DNA from: Microcoleus sp.
GTDB lineage: Bacteria; Cyanobacteriota; Cyanobacteriia; Cyanobacteriales; Microcoleaceae
Reading direction: 5' to 3'
DNA length: 64,000 nucleotides
NCBI GenBank assembly: GCA_042408215.1
Contig: JAYFMW010000008.1
Span: forward strand, 64,001-128,000
Shown: positions 10,825 to 20,684 of the stretch, piece by piece
How positions within the stretch are numbered: position 1 is the stretch's first letter
Layout of the letters: each line of letters begins with the position of its first letter
Program-made: the position numbers and the translations under genes
Notes under the pieces: model-generated
Database searches by the model: none
The model's input: only the letters and a program-made list of their open reading frames with translations
What the model was told of the DNA's origin: nothing

Positions 10825-11222
10825 GCTTCCTCAATATCGAGGTTGCCCAGGAAATCCCAGTTAGAGTTAGAATAATAACCGTGTCTAGCAGTTATTATTC
10901 CAGATTGCTTGATTTGTTTATTTAGTTGATTCCACAGGCTCCAAACGTGCTTAGTTGACTTCACATCAACAAAGGCGGTTAAGGAGCCTGGTATCTTTTC
11001 GCTTAATCTCATCCCTCGACGGGCAATTACTAATGCCGGCGCCTCGTCACTAGCCAAGCCATAGATCCTCAGATATTTGACTAAACCAATAATACTAGAA
11101 TAGGCGGGATTGACTGTTATTAATTCAATCCCTCTATTAGAAAGTATTGAATTTAACTGTTTATCAAACTCAGAATAAGCCCAACTTGATAACATCCTAG
11201 CATATTTTCGCTCGCGCTCTCT
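10821..11222 (-). pseudogene. TnpB-related protein, C-terminal fragment
   Basis: VNPAYSSIIGLVKY..SDEAPALVIARRG. Confidence 0.8.
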
Positions 11223-11409
11223 CAACGGCTCCAGCTTTGGCTGTATCTTTCCAGGTTAGAAATCCGCGCACATTTTCAGTGGTGTGGTAGTCTTGGCCAA
11301 TGATCGAGAGCTTTTGCAGATCGAAGCCTTCTTTTGGCAGCTCCAATACAACCCTTTCTGCTTCTGCATGGGAGGGGAAATGACCAACAATCCTATGTGT
11401 ATATGCCAT
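11222..11409 (-). pseudogene. General stress protein (YflT/17M-like), N-terminal fragment
   Basis: VGHFPSHAEAERVVLEL..GFD..LSIIGQDYHT; truncated by junction with the TnpB fragment. Confidence 0.65.
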
Positions 11410-11455
11410 GAGTTTGTTTCCTTTGTTGCAATTTATCCGCTGTCAACTAATGCCC

Positions 11456-11905
11456 CTACAAGCTTGGTTTAATCGTGTCTTGCTTCTCTGTAGTTACCGC
11501 AGCAGTTTCAGCATCTCGTCTAGCAGCGATCGCTTCCAAGGTTGCTTTTTCGGCTTCTTCCATCGCCGCCATTGCTAATAAAATCGCTGTATTTGCATAT
11601 TCTTCAGCTTGCTCTGCCCGATGTTCGAGTTTCGTGAGTTCGCGACTCGCTTTCCATTCCTCGACATTCGACTTCACCTCAGATTCTTTGGCCTCGAATT
11701 GAGTTTTGAGCTTGGCTCGGTACTCATCGAATTCTTGTTTCTTAGCGTCTAGCTTTGTCTTCATTTCGTCGAGTTTCGATTGAATCTCAGCTTGAGTTTT
11801 TTTCGGCGCTGATTGAATGCTTTCCTTGAGAGATTTTGCTCGCTCTTCAACGGCTTCTAAATTGTCATGAAGTTGTTTGGTAAAGTTATCAATTGCAGTA
11901 CCCAT
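11456..11905 (-). CDS. Hypothetical coiled-coil protein
   Basis: 149-aa K/E/A-rich ORF with RBS-like GAGGAAG. Confidence 0.75.
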   Translation of the reverse strand: MGTAIDNFTKQLHDNLEAVEERAKSLKESIQSAPKKTQAEIQSKLDEMKTKLDAKKQEFDEYRAKLKTQFEAKESEVKSNVEEWKASRELTKLEHRAEQAEEYANTAILLAMAAMEEAEKATLEAIAARRDAETAAVTTEKQDTIKPSL

Positions 11906-12379
11906 GATGCTTCCTCTAGTATGTTGAGTTTCTAAGACTTGTCGAGAGTGTTATTAAATTGCCAGCCAGCTATAAAAGTCGTTGTTGTCAATGACCTCAT
12001 ATACTCTACTGGTGAAAAACTGAAATAACTCTTTCATGATTTGATGATTTCATGATGCGGAGTTATTGCCATCTATCTTAGGTTTAAGATGTGAATATCT
12101 TGAGAGGTAGCTAGATCCCTGATTTGTCACTCCCTCCCATGCTGACGGGGTGACAACCCAGTCAAAACCCTTCTGGCCTTGGAAGAGAGATGATTTATGG
12201 TAAAAGATTTATGGTAGAGCCGAAGTCAGGATTCAGGAGTCAGGAGTCAGGAGTCAGGAGCGTTGCTCGATCGCCGGTCGTTGGGTTAGGAGTAGGATGC
12301 TTCACTATTAAGGGTGGAATCAATCATTCATCTCCTGACAGCCCTCTTCTACTGCTATAAACAGGACTTATATTGTTTA

Positions 12380-12468
12380 CGGTTGCATCGGAATGATTTA
12401 ACCGCAGAGACCACAGAGGACACAGAGGAAGAGAGAGATGAATAATTTCGATACCAACGGATTTGATA
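12380..12468 (+). mobile_element. MITE-like repeat copy
   Basis: CGGTTGCATCGGAATGATTTAACCGCAGAG...CGGATTTGATAT shared with 40190 and 55121. Confidence 0.75.
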
Positions 12469-12648
12469 TTACGCAAGTACGCTATATGTTGGGTACTTGG
12501 GTCAGGTTGCTCGAAGCATCTAGCTACTGTGCGATCGTCCTGACTACGAACTGGTGTAGATAGACTCTGGCAAGTTTAATGTAGGGTGCGCCGCAGCGCA
12601 CTTGACCCTATACATAGCAGAAAAAACGATTTATTGCGTCAGTCATAT

Positions 12649-13662
12649 TTATGATTTGCTAAGGGCTACATTTTGCCCTGTTTCGCTCGATCGCCTTCCA
12701 GCATCTGCAACTTTCAAAGCGTACAAACTACTGGTATTATTCACGTATAAAGGCGTATTTTTAAACAAATATTCTAACACCATGTCCGTATCTTTTGCAA
12801 ACAAACCGCGCCGCGTTCCCACTGGGATATTTTGCCTATTTGCTCCCTGAATTAATTGACCTGATTCGGGAGTAAAAATCAGAGTTCCCTCTGATCCGTA
12901 AATTGTAAAAACGTTTTCCGACTGCGAAAAAGTTTCGCCTTTTCCATAAACAACTTCAGCAATAATTCCATCAGCAAAGCGTAACTGCGCGTTGCACAAA
13001 CAAGCTTTATAAAAGTCTGGCTGAGTGTTCCAAAATTGAGCTTGACAGTTAACGCTTGTCACTTCCCCAAACAAATCTGTAAATCGGTGGAGTCGCGAAA
13101 TTGCACCAACTAACGGAAACCCAAAGAGCGAATGTTGATAAGTCCACCGCTGCGGCGCTGGATGTTGAGGAGTAATCGTAACGTAGCGGGTGTAAAAAAC
13201 TTGGCCAACTAAGGGTAAAGATGCTTTGATGGCTTGGTGTAAGCCGCCTAAGAGTTCGATGTGTTCGATGTGGAGGAGTTTTTGCTTTTGTTTGGCAAGG
13301 GCGATCGCCCGATCGCCCTCTGATACGTCTAAAGATAGAGGATATTCGACCACAACGTGCTTGTCGTTTTCCAATGCCGCGATCGCGATCGCCCCGTGCT
13401 CCCGATTCACCGTACAGACAATTACCAAATCCAAATCGTCCCTTTCCACCAACTTGCGCCAAGAAACCGCAGCCTCGGCCCCGAATGCTTGACAAAACGC
13501 TTCCGTCTTGTGCGGAGTTTGGCCGGCAACTGTCACCAAGTGGGCTCTCGCGTCAGTTTGCAGCATCTCGGCCCTCAACTTAGCGGCAAAACCAGTACCC
13601 ACAATCCCCACCCTAATTGGAGAATTGACCGAAAAACCAGAGCGAGTATCAATATTAGTCAT
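12649..13662 (-). CDS. bvdR: Gfo/Idh/MocA oxidoreductase, cyanobacterial biliverdin reductase type
   Basis: GIVGTG, VEYPL, HIEHIELLGG, RWTY. Confidence 0.8.
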   Translation of the reverse strand: MTNIDTRSGFSVNSPIRVGIVGTGFAAKLRAEMLQTDARAHLVTVAGQTPHKTEAFCQAFGAEAAVSWRKLVERDDLDLVIVCTVNREHGAIAIAALENDKHVVVEYPLSLDVSEGDRAIALAKQKQKLLHIEHIELLGGLHQAIKASLPLVGQVFYTRYVTITPQHPAPQRWTYQHSLFGFPLVGAISRLHRFTDLFGEVTSVNCQAQFWNTQPDFYKACLCNAQLRFADGIIAEVVYGKGETFSQSENVFTIYGSEGTLIFTPESGQLIQGANRQNIPVGTRRGLFAKDTDMVLEYLFKNTPLYVNNTSSLYALKVADAGRRSSETGQNVALSKS

Positions 13663-14180
13663 AGAATTTGAGATTTGAGAGTGGTGTCGTCAGGCTTTAC
13701 GGCTCGATCGCCCAAATCCTGAATTGGTGCAAAAATGCGATCGCCCGGTTCAATACCCAAGTCTTGATGCCATCTAACTATACATTCCACAGGGTTTGGA
13801 GACCAACTAGAGCCTCGCGAGTGCAAACACTACCGCACCGATGACCGAAACCAATTGGGTGCGGGGCCCCCGATTCATTCCTGGGCCCGATCGGGACGGA
13901 GACACAGAAAAGCTCCGCATTCTCACAAGCCCCCGGATTTATTCCTTCCCACGCTGACTGACTGGAGTAAATCTCAAGATAGATATAAGCAATCAGGATG
14001 AAATTAGAAAAATTTATAACTAATCCCATTCCAATTTTTTGTACATAAGTGTGTCAACCTCCCTTATTTCCCCTACTATCATAAAGGGAACGAACCTAAG
14101 ACCAAACCTCAAAGCTAATAAAGCATTGAAGTTTTGATTAGGAAAACTTATAAATCTTGTTGAATTTTTGAGAGGATTAG

Positions 14181-14483
<303 letters not shown>

Positions 14484-14664
14484 AAACAGCCTCAGCCATC
14501 GGCTGTCACTCTCAGCTATAAATTAATAGCTGTTTGAGCCGATGGCGGGTCTCAAATCTGGTCAAACGGACGCGAAGCAAGCTAGGGACACGTCACTGTG
14601 GTGTCCCTAAATATACAGCAGATTCCACGTTTATCATAAACCTGGAATACGCTGTATGTGGATT

Positions 14665-16320
14665 CTATTCCCGCCAAAATGTAATCGCATCATTAAGCGG
14701 CACAACTTGAGCGCCGGGAAAATAAAAGCTGAGAATGCGATCGCCATTCCAGCCCAAATTAGCCAAATTGTAAGAACCAGTTTGACTCATTCCCACCCCA
14801 TGTCCGAAACCGCCTCCCACAAAAGCATAACCATTGAGAGTTTGATCTGGGTTATAAATAGGATCTAGGTAAAACAGCGTGCTGATGGGAGGGTAAAAAG
14901 CATTGCGAATCTCGTCTTTGTCAATATCGATCGCCCCCAAGTCAGTTTGTACCTTCATTTGCAAAACTCGACCACCGGGAGACCTTTCGACCACTAGCAC
15001 CTGACTAATAGTTTTAAAATTAGCCAGCGGGTGCTGTTTTTTCTGAAGATACTGTTTGAGAAACCCAGCAATCGCCGTCAAAGAAGCTTCTTCCCGCCAC
15101 CGAAAAGTATCTTGTTTTTCCTCATTAAACCCATTTTTCAAACTGATAAAGCGACGGAAATTGTTTTCATCCGACAAACTCTGCTTCGACAAATCCCAAA
15201 CCTTAGACGGCGCATCAATGATCGATCGCAAATAAGGGCGTTCCGGGCCGTGCCAAACATCCCCAAAAAGTGCAGTAACGCCGCCACTAGAGGCCGAATA
15301 AAGGGCATCAACCAACTCATTTTGATAAGTTAGAACCAAACCGCTAGTTTGGGCGATCGCCTTATCAGTTTGCGGGTAAACCTCCGTCAAACCCTGATAA
15401 ACTTGGCAATTAACATCAGCGCACAACTCATAATTATCGATCGCAAAACGGCGCAAATTTCTCAGCGCATAAGTTCTCGCCAAAATAGCCTGTGCTTCCT
15501 GAGAAGCATAGGGCGAAAAAGCTCCAATTTCGTGCGGCACAACTCCCCGCAAATAAGTTTCTGTCGGCACTTCATTCACCAAAGTATAAGTGCCGTAAGC
15601 ATTTTTCTGAAGGTGCAAACTGCCACCATAACGGCGAGTTTGTTGAATAGCTTTCTCAGGCTCAGTAGCTGTCACCTCTTGAGTAGTCTGTTCCGTTACC
15701 TCAATCACATTTTTACCCGCCGCCACATCTAACTCATTGCGGTTAAAACGAAAGCCGTTCAATACCCAAAATGCCTGGGGGATTTGTTTCAAAACTTTGG
15801 TATCTAAAAAAGCAGTTTTATTGCCTTGAGCTTGCAAACTTTGCAACAGCCAGCGTCGCACTAAAGGAGAGTTGTAATTATCTCTTTTTGCCCAAACTTG
15901 CCAGCGCAAAGGTTGAGCAATTTCTACTTCAATTCCCTTAGCACGCCACTGATTAGCACTATCTTCTGCACTCTCAAAACTGCGATGAGAACTCAGTACC
16001 ACTCGTTCTTCTACTGATGGCGTTTCCAGCGGTTTCGCGGCGATTTCTAACTTGATACTAGGAACCTTTGCGGTTTCTATGCCTTGAGGAGTTTTGTAAC
16101 TTACAGTTAAGCTGTCACCCGGTATGGCTTTCAGTGTCAACTTATCCGTTGCTTTGGTGCCAAACCGCTGCACTACGCCGATTTTGATTTCTCGATTTTG
16201 GGGACTTTGGGCGGTAGCGGCAGCACTGGCGAGGGGTAACAGGCAAAATGCTGTCACAGCAGCGCTAGAAATGCAGCTAAACCATTTGTAATTGGGAGTT
16301 TGAGGTGCTTGAGCCAACAC
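14665..16320 (-). CDS. SpoIID/LytB domain protein
   Basis: YLRGVVPHE, AQAILARTYA, CQVYQG, GHGVGMSQ. Confidence 0.92.
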   Translation of the reverse strand: MLAQAPQTPNYKWFSCISSAAVTAFCLLPLASAAATAQSPQNREIKIGVVQRFGTKATDKLTLKAIPGDSLTVSYKTPQGIETAKVPSIKLEIAAKPLETPSVEERVVLSSHRSFESAEDSANQWRAKGIEVEIAQPLRWQVWAKRDNYNSPLVRRWLLQSLQAQGNKTAFLDTKVLKQIPQAFWVLNGFRFNRNELDVAAGKNVIEVTEQTTQEVTATEPEKAIQQTRRYGGSLHLQKNAYGTYTLVNEVPTETYLRGVVPHEIGAFSPYASQEAQAILARTYALRNLRRFAIDNYELCADVNCQVYQGLTEVYPQTDKAIAQTSGLVLTYQNELVDALYSASSGGVTALFGDVWHGPERPYLRSIIDAPSKVWDLSKQSLSDENNFRRFISLKNGFNEEKQDTFRWREEASLTAIAGFLKQYLQKKQHPLANFKTISQVLVVERSPGGRVLQMKVQTDLGAIDIDKDEIRNAFYPPISTLFYLDPIYNPDQTLNGYAFVGGGFGHGVGMSQTGSYNLANLGWNGDRILSFYFPGAQVVPLNDAITFWRE

Positions 16321-16430
16321 AGTTTTTTGTATCCCGATAGTGGAAAATTAGGAGTTTTGATTGTAGGTTAGCATATCTGCGAGTCGCGCTTCCTTTCCAT
16401 CCAACCGCCCCCGCTTTCCCGTTATGCACC

Positions 16431-16610
16431 CTACAACACCTGCGAGTCGCCATAGACAAAGCAGCCGAACTCGGCGACGCCGACACCGCTGACTTGTATA
16501 CCGAAATTTCGCGGACAATTGACCAGCGTTTGTGGTTCCTAGAAGCGCACTTGCAAGGTTCTGCGACAACTGCAACCGCAGCCGCCCCAGCAAAAGTAGC
16601 TGTCAAATAG
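16431..16610 (+). pseudogene. dps: Dps C-terminal fragment (not in ORF track)
   Basis: Translates HLRVAIDKAAELGDADTADLYTEISRTIDQRLWFLEAHLQ...*; no start or N-terminus. Confidence 0.82.
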
Positions 16611-16648
16611 TCAGCTATCAATGATAGGACTCTTGTGGAGCGGGCATC

Positions 16649-17374
16649 TTGCCTGCTCTTGCCCGCTCTAAAGATGCAGTTGCGGCACCTGACAGCTTAC
16701 GATACAGAAGATATCCAGTTATTCATTTGGATGGCTTTTTCGTGGTAGCTAATATTCCAGATTACGCTCCTCAACTCCAACGTCTGATGCAACAAGCAGG
16801 ACTTGGGGGCGATCGAGAACTCAGCCAAAAAGCAGGAGTTTCCGAACTTCAGCTCAGCCGTTTGCGTCGCGGCTTAGCCTTGCAAACGCGAGCAGATATC
16901 CTGCTCAAAATCAGCCAAGCCTTGGAAATTTCCTTAAACGAACTGCTCGCAACTTTTGCCCCTGGTTCTGTAGAGTTAGAACAGCCAACACCGACAGCAA
17001 TAGAGCAAGAATATCAGCGCCTGCAAGCTACACTCGATGCTCAGCGAGCATCTTTGATGGAGGAATTCCAGCTTGCGAGCTTACAAATTTTAGAATCCTG
17101 GATGTTGCAGTGGCCGACAGCCGCCCGCAAAGTCCAGGAAAATCAGCAGTTACCAGCAGTGAAATTGCTGCCTTTGCTGCGGCCAGTCGAGAAATTATTG
17201 GAAGAATGGGGGGTAGAGGCGATCGCCCCTGTGGGAGCCTCCATCCCCTACAACCCGCAACAGCATCAACTCCTCGAAGGAACAGCCGAACCCGGAGCGA
17301 CCGTCAAAGTACGCTACACGGGCTACAGACAAGGCGACAAACTCCTCTACCGCGCCAAAGTAATACCGGTTTGA
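16649..17374 (+). CDS. XRE-HTH protein with GrpE-like C-terminus (true start probably ~16742)
   Basis: LSQKAGVSELQLSRLRRG; VGASIPYNPQQH..VRYTGY..LLYRAKV. Confidence 0.8.
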   Translation: MPALARSKDAVAAPDSLRYRRYPVIHLDGFFVVANIPDYAPQLQRLMQQAGLGGDRELSQKAGVSELQLSRLRRGLALQTRADILLKISQALEISLNELLATFAPGSVELEQPTPTAIEQEYQRLQATLDAQRASLMEEFQLASLQILESWMLQWPTAARKVQENQQLPAVKLLPLLRPVEKLLEEWGVEAIAPVGASIPYNPQQHQLLEGTAEPGATVKVRYTGYRQGDKLLYRAKVIPV

Positions 17375-17426
17375 ATTTATAGTCAATAGTCAGTTAGTTG
17401 TCATTCTAAAGAACAAGGAAAACCTA

Positions 17427-18242
17427 ATGTCTCAATTAATTATAGCCAATGTAGCCGCCCCTTTCGTTTTGTCAAAGACGGGTAATATCTTTATTTTTCT
17501 CAGCATCATTCCCGTCGAGATGCTAGTTATTTGGGTATGCTTTAAACGCTCAAAAATCACCATTAGTTTTTCCAGATTGTTCATCGCAGTTTTAGTGGCA
17601 AATACAGCCACTTCTATTTTAGGAATTCCTCTTGTATTTAATAGTGTTTCTTCCAGTCCCATCGTCGGCTACGCTATATTCCCGACCAGCTTCATACTTT
17701 CTTTTGTGATTGAATCTGCAATTTATGGCATTTTTTTTACGACAAGACAGATTCCAATATGTAAGACAATACTAGCTTCTTTTCTCAGTAACTTGGCTAG
17801 TTATACATTTTTTTTCTTTGCTCTTACTGGCTTTTACTATCATGGTGAAAGTCCGTTTTTTACACCGAATATTCAAGCATACCCCGGGTTACAGAAACAC
17901 GTCTCACGACGTTATATTTATATGCAGAAAGACTTCTACTCTGAACACAACCGCTTTGCTTCTAATTGGGAAGAATTAAATTTTCCTGGCCAAAAAGAAG
18001 ATTATTTTTATCGATTTGATAGTCAGGGCGATGCCACGAAAGCTAGTATCACAGCTAGGAGCAAAAGAGAGGAACTCCGAAGTTACCGAGCCACAATATT
18101 TGTTATTAAAGACAAAGGCAAATTTATTCAAGGCGCTTGTGAAACTGACAAGCCATCTATGATACCTCCTGAAATGCCGCAACTGGTTAATGGTAAATTT
18201 CAATGTCCTTCTGGTTCTGTAGATAAAAGCGATGAATTTTGA
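17427..18242 (+). CDS. Membrane protein with C-terminal type IV pilin-like G/H domain
   Basis: Several TM segments, then QKDFYSEHNRFA..LRSY..ACET..CPSGS. Confidence 0.7.
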   Translation: MSQLIIANVAAPFVLSKTGNIFIFLSIIPVEMLVIWVCFKRSKITISFSRLFIAVLVANTATSILGIPLVFNSVSSSPIVGYAIFPTSFILSFVIESAIYGIFFTTRQIPICKTILASFLSNLASYTFFFFALTGFYYHGESPFFTPNIQAYPGLQKHVSRRYIYMQKDFYSEHNRFASNWEELNFPGQKEDYFYRFDSQGDATKASITARSKREELRSYRATIFVIKDKGKFIQGACETDKPSMIPPEMPQLVNGKFQCPSGSVDKSDEF

Positions 18243-18372
18243 TTGTTTCGTTAACCATAAAAAATAGACTACGCAAAGAAACCCTGTTTCTGACCAAAGT
18301 TGTACTTTAATCACTTCAAGTTGAATTGAGAAACCGGGTTTCTGACTCCTAAATCAACAACTATCTAAGCCA

Positions 18373-19473
18373 ATGCAAAACTATCAGCTTAACTTCCGGT
18401 TTTACCGACCAACTATTTACTCTTCTGCTCTTTCTCTCTCCTTAATTCTTGGTATTGCTCACGGTTTCGCTGATGCAGCCGCGGGTTTTTTGCTAGGAAG
18501 ATTACCTCATACCATGTCCTTAGAGCAAGCAAGTGGGCTAATTATCCTCTACAACATTCTGGGTTTTGGGTATCAGCCATTAGTGGGGATGTTAACCGAT
18601 AAATTCAAACGTCCGCATCTAGCAGTTTTGGTGGGTTTGTCCTCACTTTTATTGGCGTTATTGGTGACAGATGGGCATTCACAAATGGCGGTAATTTTAG
18701 CAGGAATTGGTTCGGCGGCATTTCATGTCGGCGGCGGTGCTTTAGCGTTAACCGCGACTCCTAATCGTACTACTGGCCCTGGTTTTTTTGCCGCACCAGG
18801 AATAATTGGTTTAGCTGTCGGTGGTGTTTTAGGATGGACAGGTTATAACGTTACCTTACCAATAGTCTTACTGCTAGGTTTAATTATAGGGATCATTGCT
18901 ATAATTAACTTGTCAAAATATGATTTACTATCCCACGATCACGCTCAGTCAGGGAGTGAACCGATCGAAAATGCCAATTTTGATGATGGGGTGTTATTGT
19001 TACTGCTGATCGCGATCGCGCTTACTTCCACAGTCTGGACTAGCTTTCAATTCCTCTTACAAACCCATCTCGACTTGATCGTTGTCATAGCCTTTGCTGC
19101 TGCAATTGCTAAAGTATGTGGTGGTGTTTTTGCACAACTTTGGGGATGGCGGCGCTACACAATTTTTTCCCTGACAATTGCCGCATTTTTATTATTATTT
19201 GATCGACAAAATTACCTAACTTTAATTCTAGGTTTAGCATTACTCCAATCGACTATTCCTATCACTCTGGCTGCTACAGCCAAAATTATGCCCCAACAAC
19301 CAGCTACAGCTACAGGTTTTGCCCTCGGACTTTCTATCCTGATTGGCGGTATTCCGGTAATTGGCGGTTTGGGTGAGATCACAAGCATACCGACTGTTTC
19401 TGCTTTGATTGTCCTGATAACTACTCTGTCCCTGTGGTGGGTGTTGAAATCGAAAATTATGCTAAGTCGATGA
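18373..19473 (+). CDS. MFS-like transporter
   Basis: ~12 hydrophobic segments, GMLTDKF, AAFHVGGG. Confidence 0.8.
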   Translation: MQNYQLNFRFYRPTIYSSALSLSLILGIAHGFADAAAGFLLGRLPHTMSLEQASGLIILYNILGFGYQPLVGMLTDKFKRPHLAVLVGLSSLLLALLVTDGHSQMAVILAGIGSAAFHVGGGALALTATPNRTTGPGFFAAPGIIGLAVGGVLGWTGYNVTLPIVLLLGLIIGIIAIINLSKYDLLSHDHAQSGSEPIENANFDDGVLLLLLIAIALTSTVWTSFQFLLQTHLDLIVVIAFAAAIAKVCGGVFAQLWGWRRYTIFSLTIAAFLLLFDRQNYLTLILGLALLQSTIPITLAATAKIMPQQPATATGFALGLSILIGGIPVIGGLGEITSIPTVSALIVLITTLSLWWVLKSKIMLSR

Positions 19474-19619
19474 GAAAAGGAAGTTGTTGACCTATAGTAA
19501 ATGAATTTTTGTAAATTCCGAGCACTTCGACTTCGCGAGCGTGACCAGCGGTAGAAATTGGTAGTATGTCATAGGGACGCTACCGTTTAAAATGACCGCG
19601 TTGAAGCATCGGGCTTTTA

Positions 19620-19820
19620 ATCAAGTTTCTTCGTCAAGTGCAACGGCTGTGCCCCCAACACTTCGACTTCGTTCTGTTACCGTTTTTATATAGCGCTTTC
19701 AGTATTTTGTTGAAAGCTTTGAGAGATACCTCCTGATCCGTCAGGCTAAAAGCTTGATAGATCTGCCATACACAGTAGATTTAGGCGCAATCCTGGATTT
19801 ACCGGGTTAAATGTATCTGA
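19620..19820 (+). pseudogene. Highly degraded IS607-type TnpB 3' end
   Basis: KCNGC and SAFSILLKALRDTS* remnants. Confidence 0.5.
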
Positions 19821-19875
19821 ATGAGTTTCTCGGACTGTTTAGAGGCTGCTGGGCGCAGCCTTTAAAAGTGAAAAT

Positions 19876-19915
19876 CTCTTAGCATCCCCGTCTCTTGATT
19901 GGCGGGGAGTGTCAA
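19876..19915 (+). mobile_element. IS200/IS605 right-end remnant
   Basis: ATCCCCGTC..GGCGGGGAGTGTCAA like ends at 10824, 22539 and 33756. Confidence 0.75.
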
Positions 19916-19950
19916 CTCGCAGCTATACTAGCCTTGTCTGGCTAGAAACT

Positions 19951-20299
19951 GTCAGTAACTCAGGTCTAAAGACGCGCTCGCTTGTCAGAGTAATCAAAGC
20001 AAGCTGTACTGACCAGACCCCTCGTTCATAGGAGACGTTATTTGGGTCACGACACCTCGAAATACGAAGCTAGTTTCCCGCTCTGTCGTTTGCCATTAAA
20101 CAGTCTTAAAGTCACTGAGACAGTGTTGCAAGCCGGAAAAAGCCCTTATAACCAGGTCGAAGCTAACATCACTCGTTCATAGTCGGGAGGGCAACCATAC
20201 CCTCCTCCCCTGCAAGGGGATTGTAGGCGGTTTTAACCGCCCGTGTCGTTTCCCTCTCAGGGCATTAGCCACTGAGTTTCCCACTTACCGAGCCTTTTT
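19951..20299 (+). ncRNA. IscB omega-RNA (HEARO-like) in a non-autonomous element lacking the iscB ORF
   Basis: GTCAGTAACTC start, TGACCAGAC, CGTTA..GACACC, GCTAG..CTCTG, TTAAACAG..CAGTG, GTCGAAGCTAACAT, GGAGG, then the right-end hairpin. Confidence 0.75.
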
Positions 20300-20626
20300 A
20301 TGAGTTCTGTAGTTAAGATTATTCAACCCTCTGGTATTTTAGACACCACGAAGGCAAGTCAATTCCGTCAAGAGATTAGCGACCTAGTTCTAGCGGGAGC
20401 CGATGTGGTATTAATAGACTTCCAAGATGTGACTTTTATGGATAGTTCTGGTTTAGGCGCTTTAGTCTTAGCACTTAAAACAGTCCGGGCCGCTGGGAGT
20501 CAATTAGTCGTCTGTTCGATCAACGAGCAAATCCGTATCTTGTTTGAACTCACCAGCATGGATCGAGTTTTCGAGATCTTTGCCACCCGTGATGCTTTTA
20601 ACAGCAAGATGCTGTTAAATAACTAA
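20300..20626 (+). CDS. STAS anti-sigma factor antagonist (RsbV-like)
   Basis: DVTFMDSSGLGALV. Confidence 0.93.
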   Translation: MSSVVKIIQPSGILDTTKASQFRQEISDLVLAGADVVLIDFQDVTFMDSSGLGALVLALKTVRAAGSQLVVCSINEQIRILFELTSMDRVFEIFATRDAFNSKMLLNN

Positions 20627-20684
20627 TCTTTTGGCTGCATCCTCCCTACCCCGCAAGCGTCGCAGATGTGCAGCCAGAGGTCAG

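Noticed and set aside
10821..11225. Type V CRISPR effector
   Set aside because: Only a short TnpB-like C-terminal fragment; no array nearby
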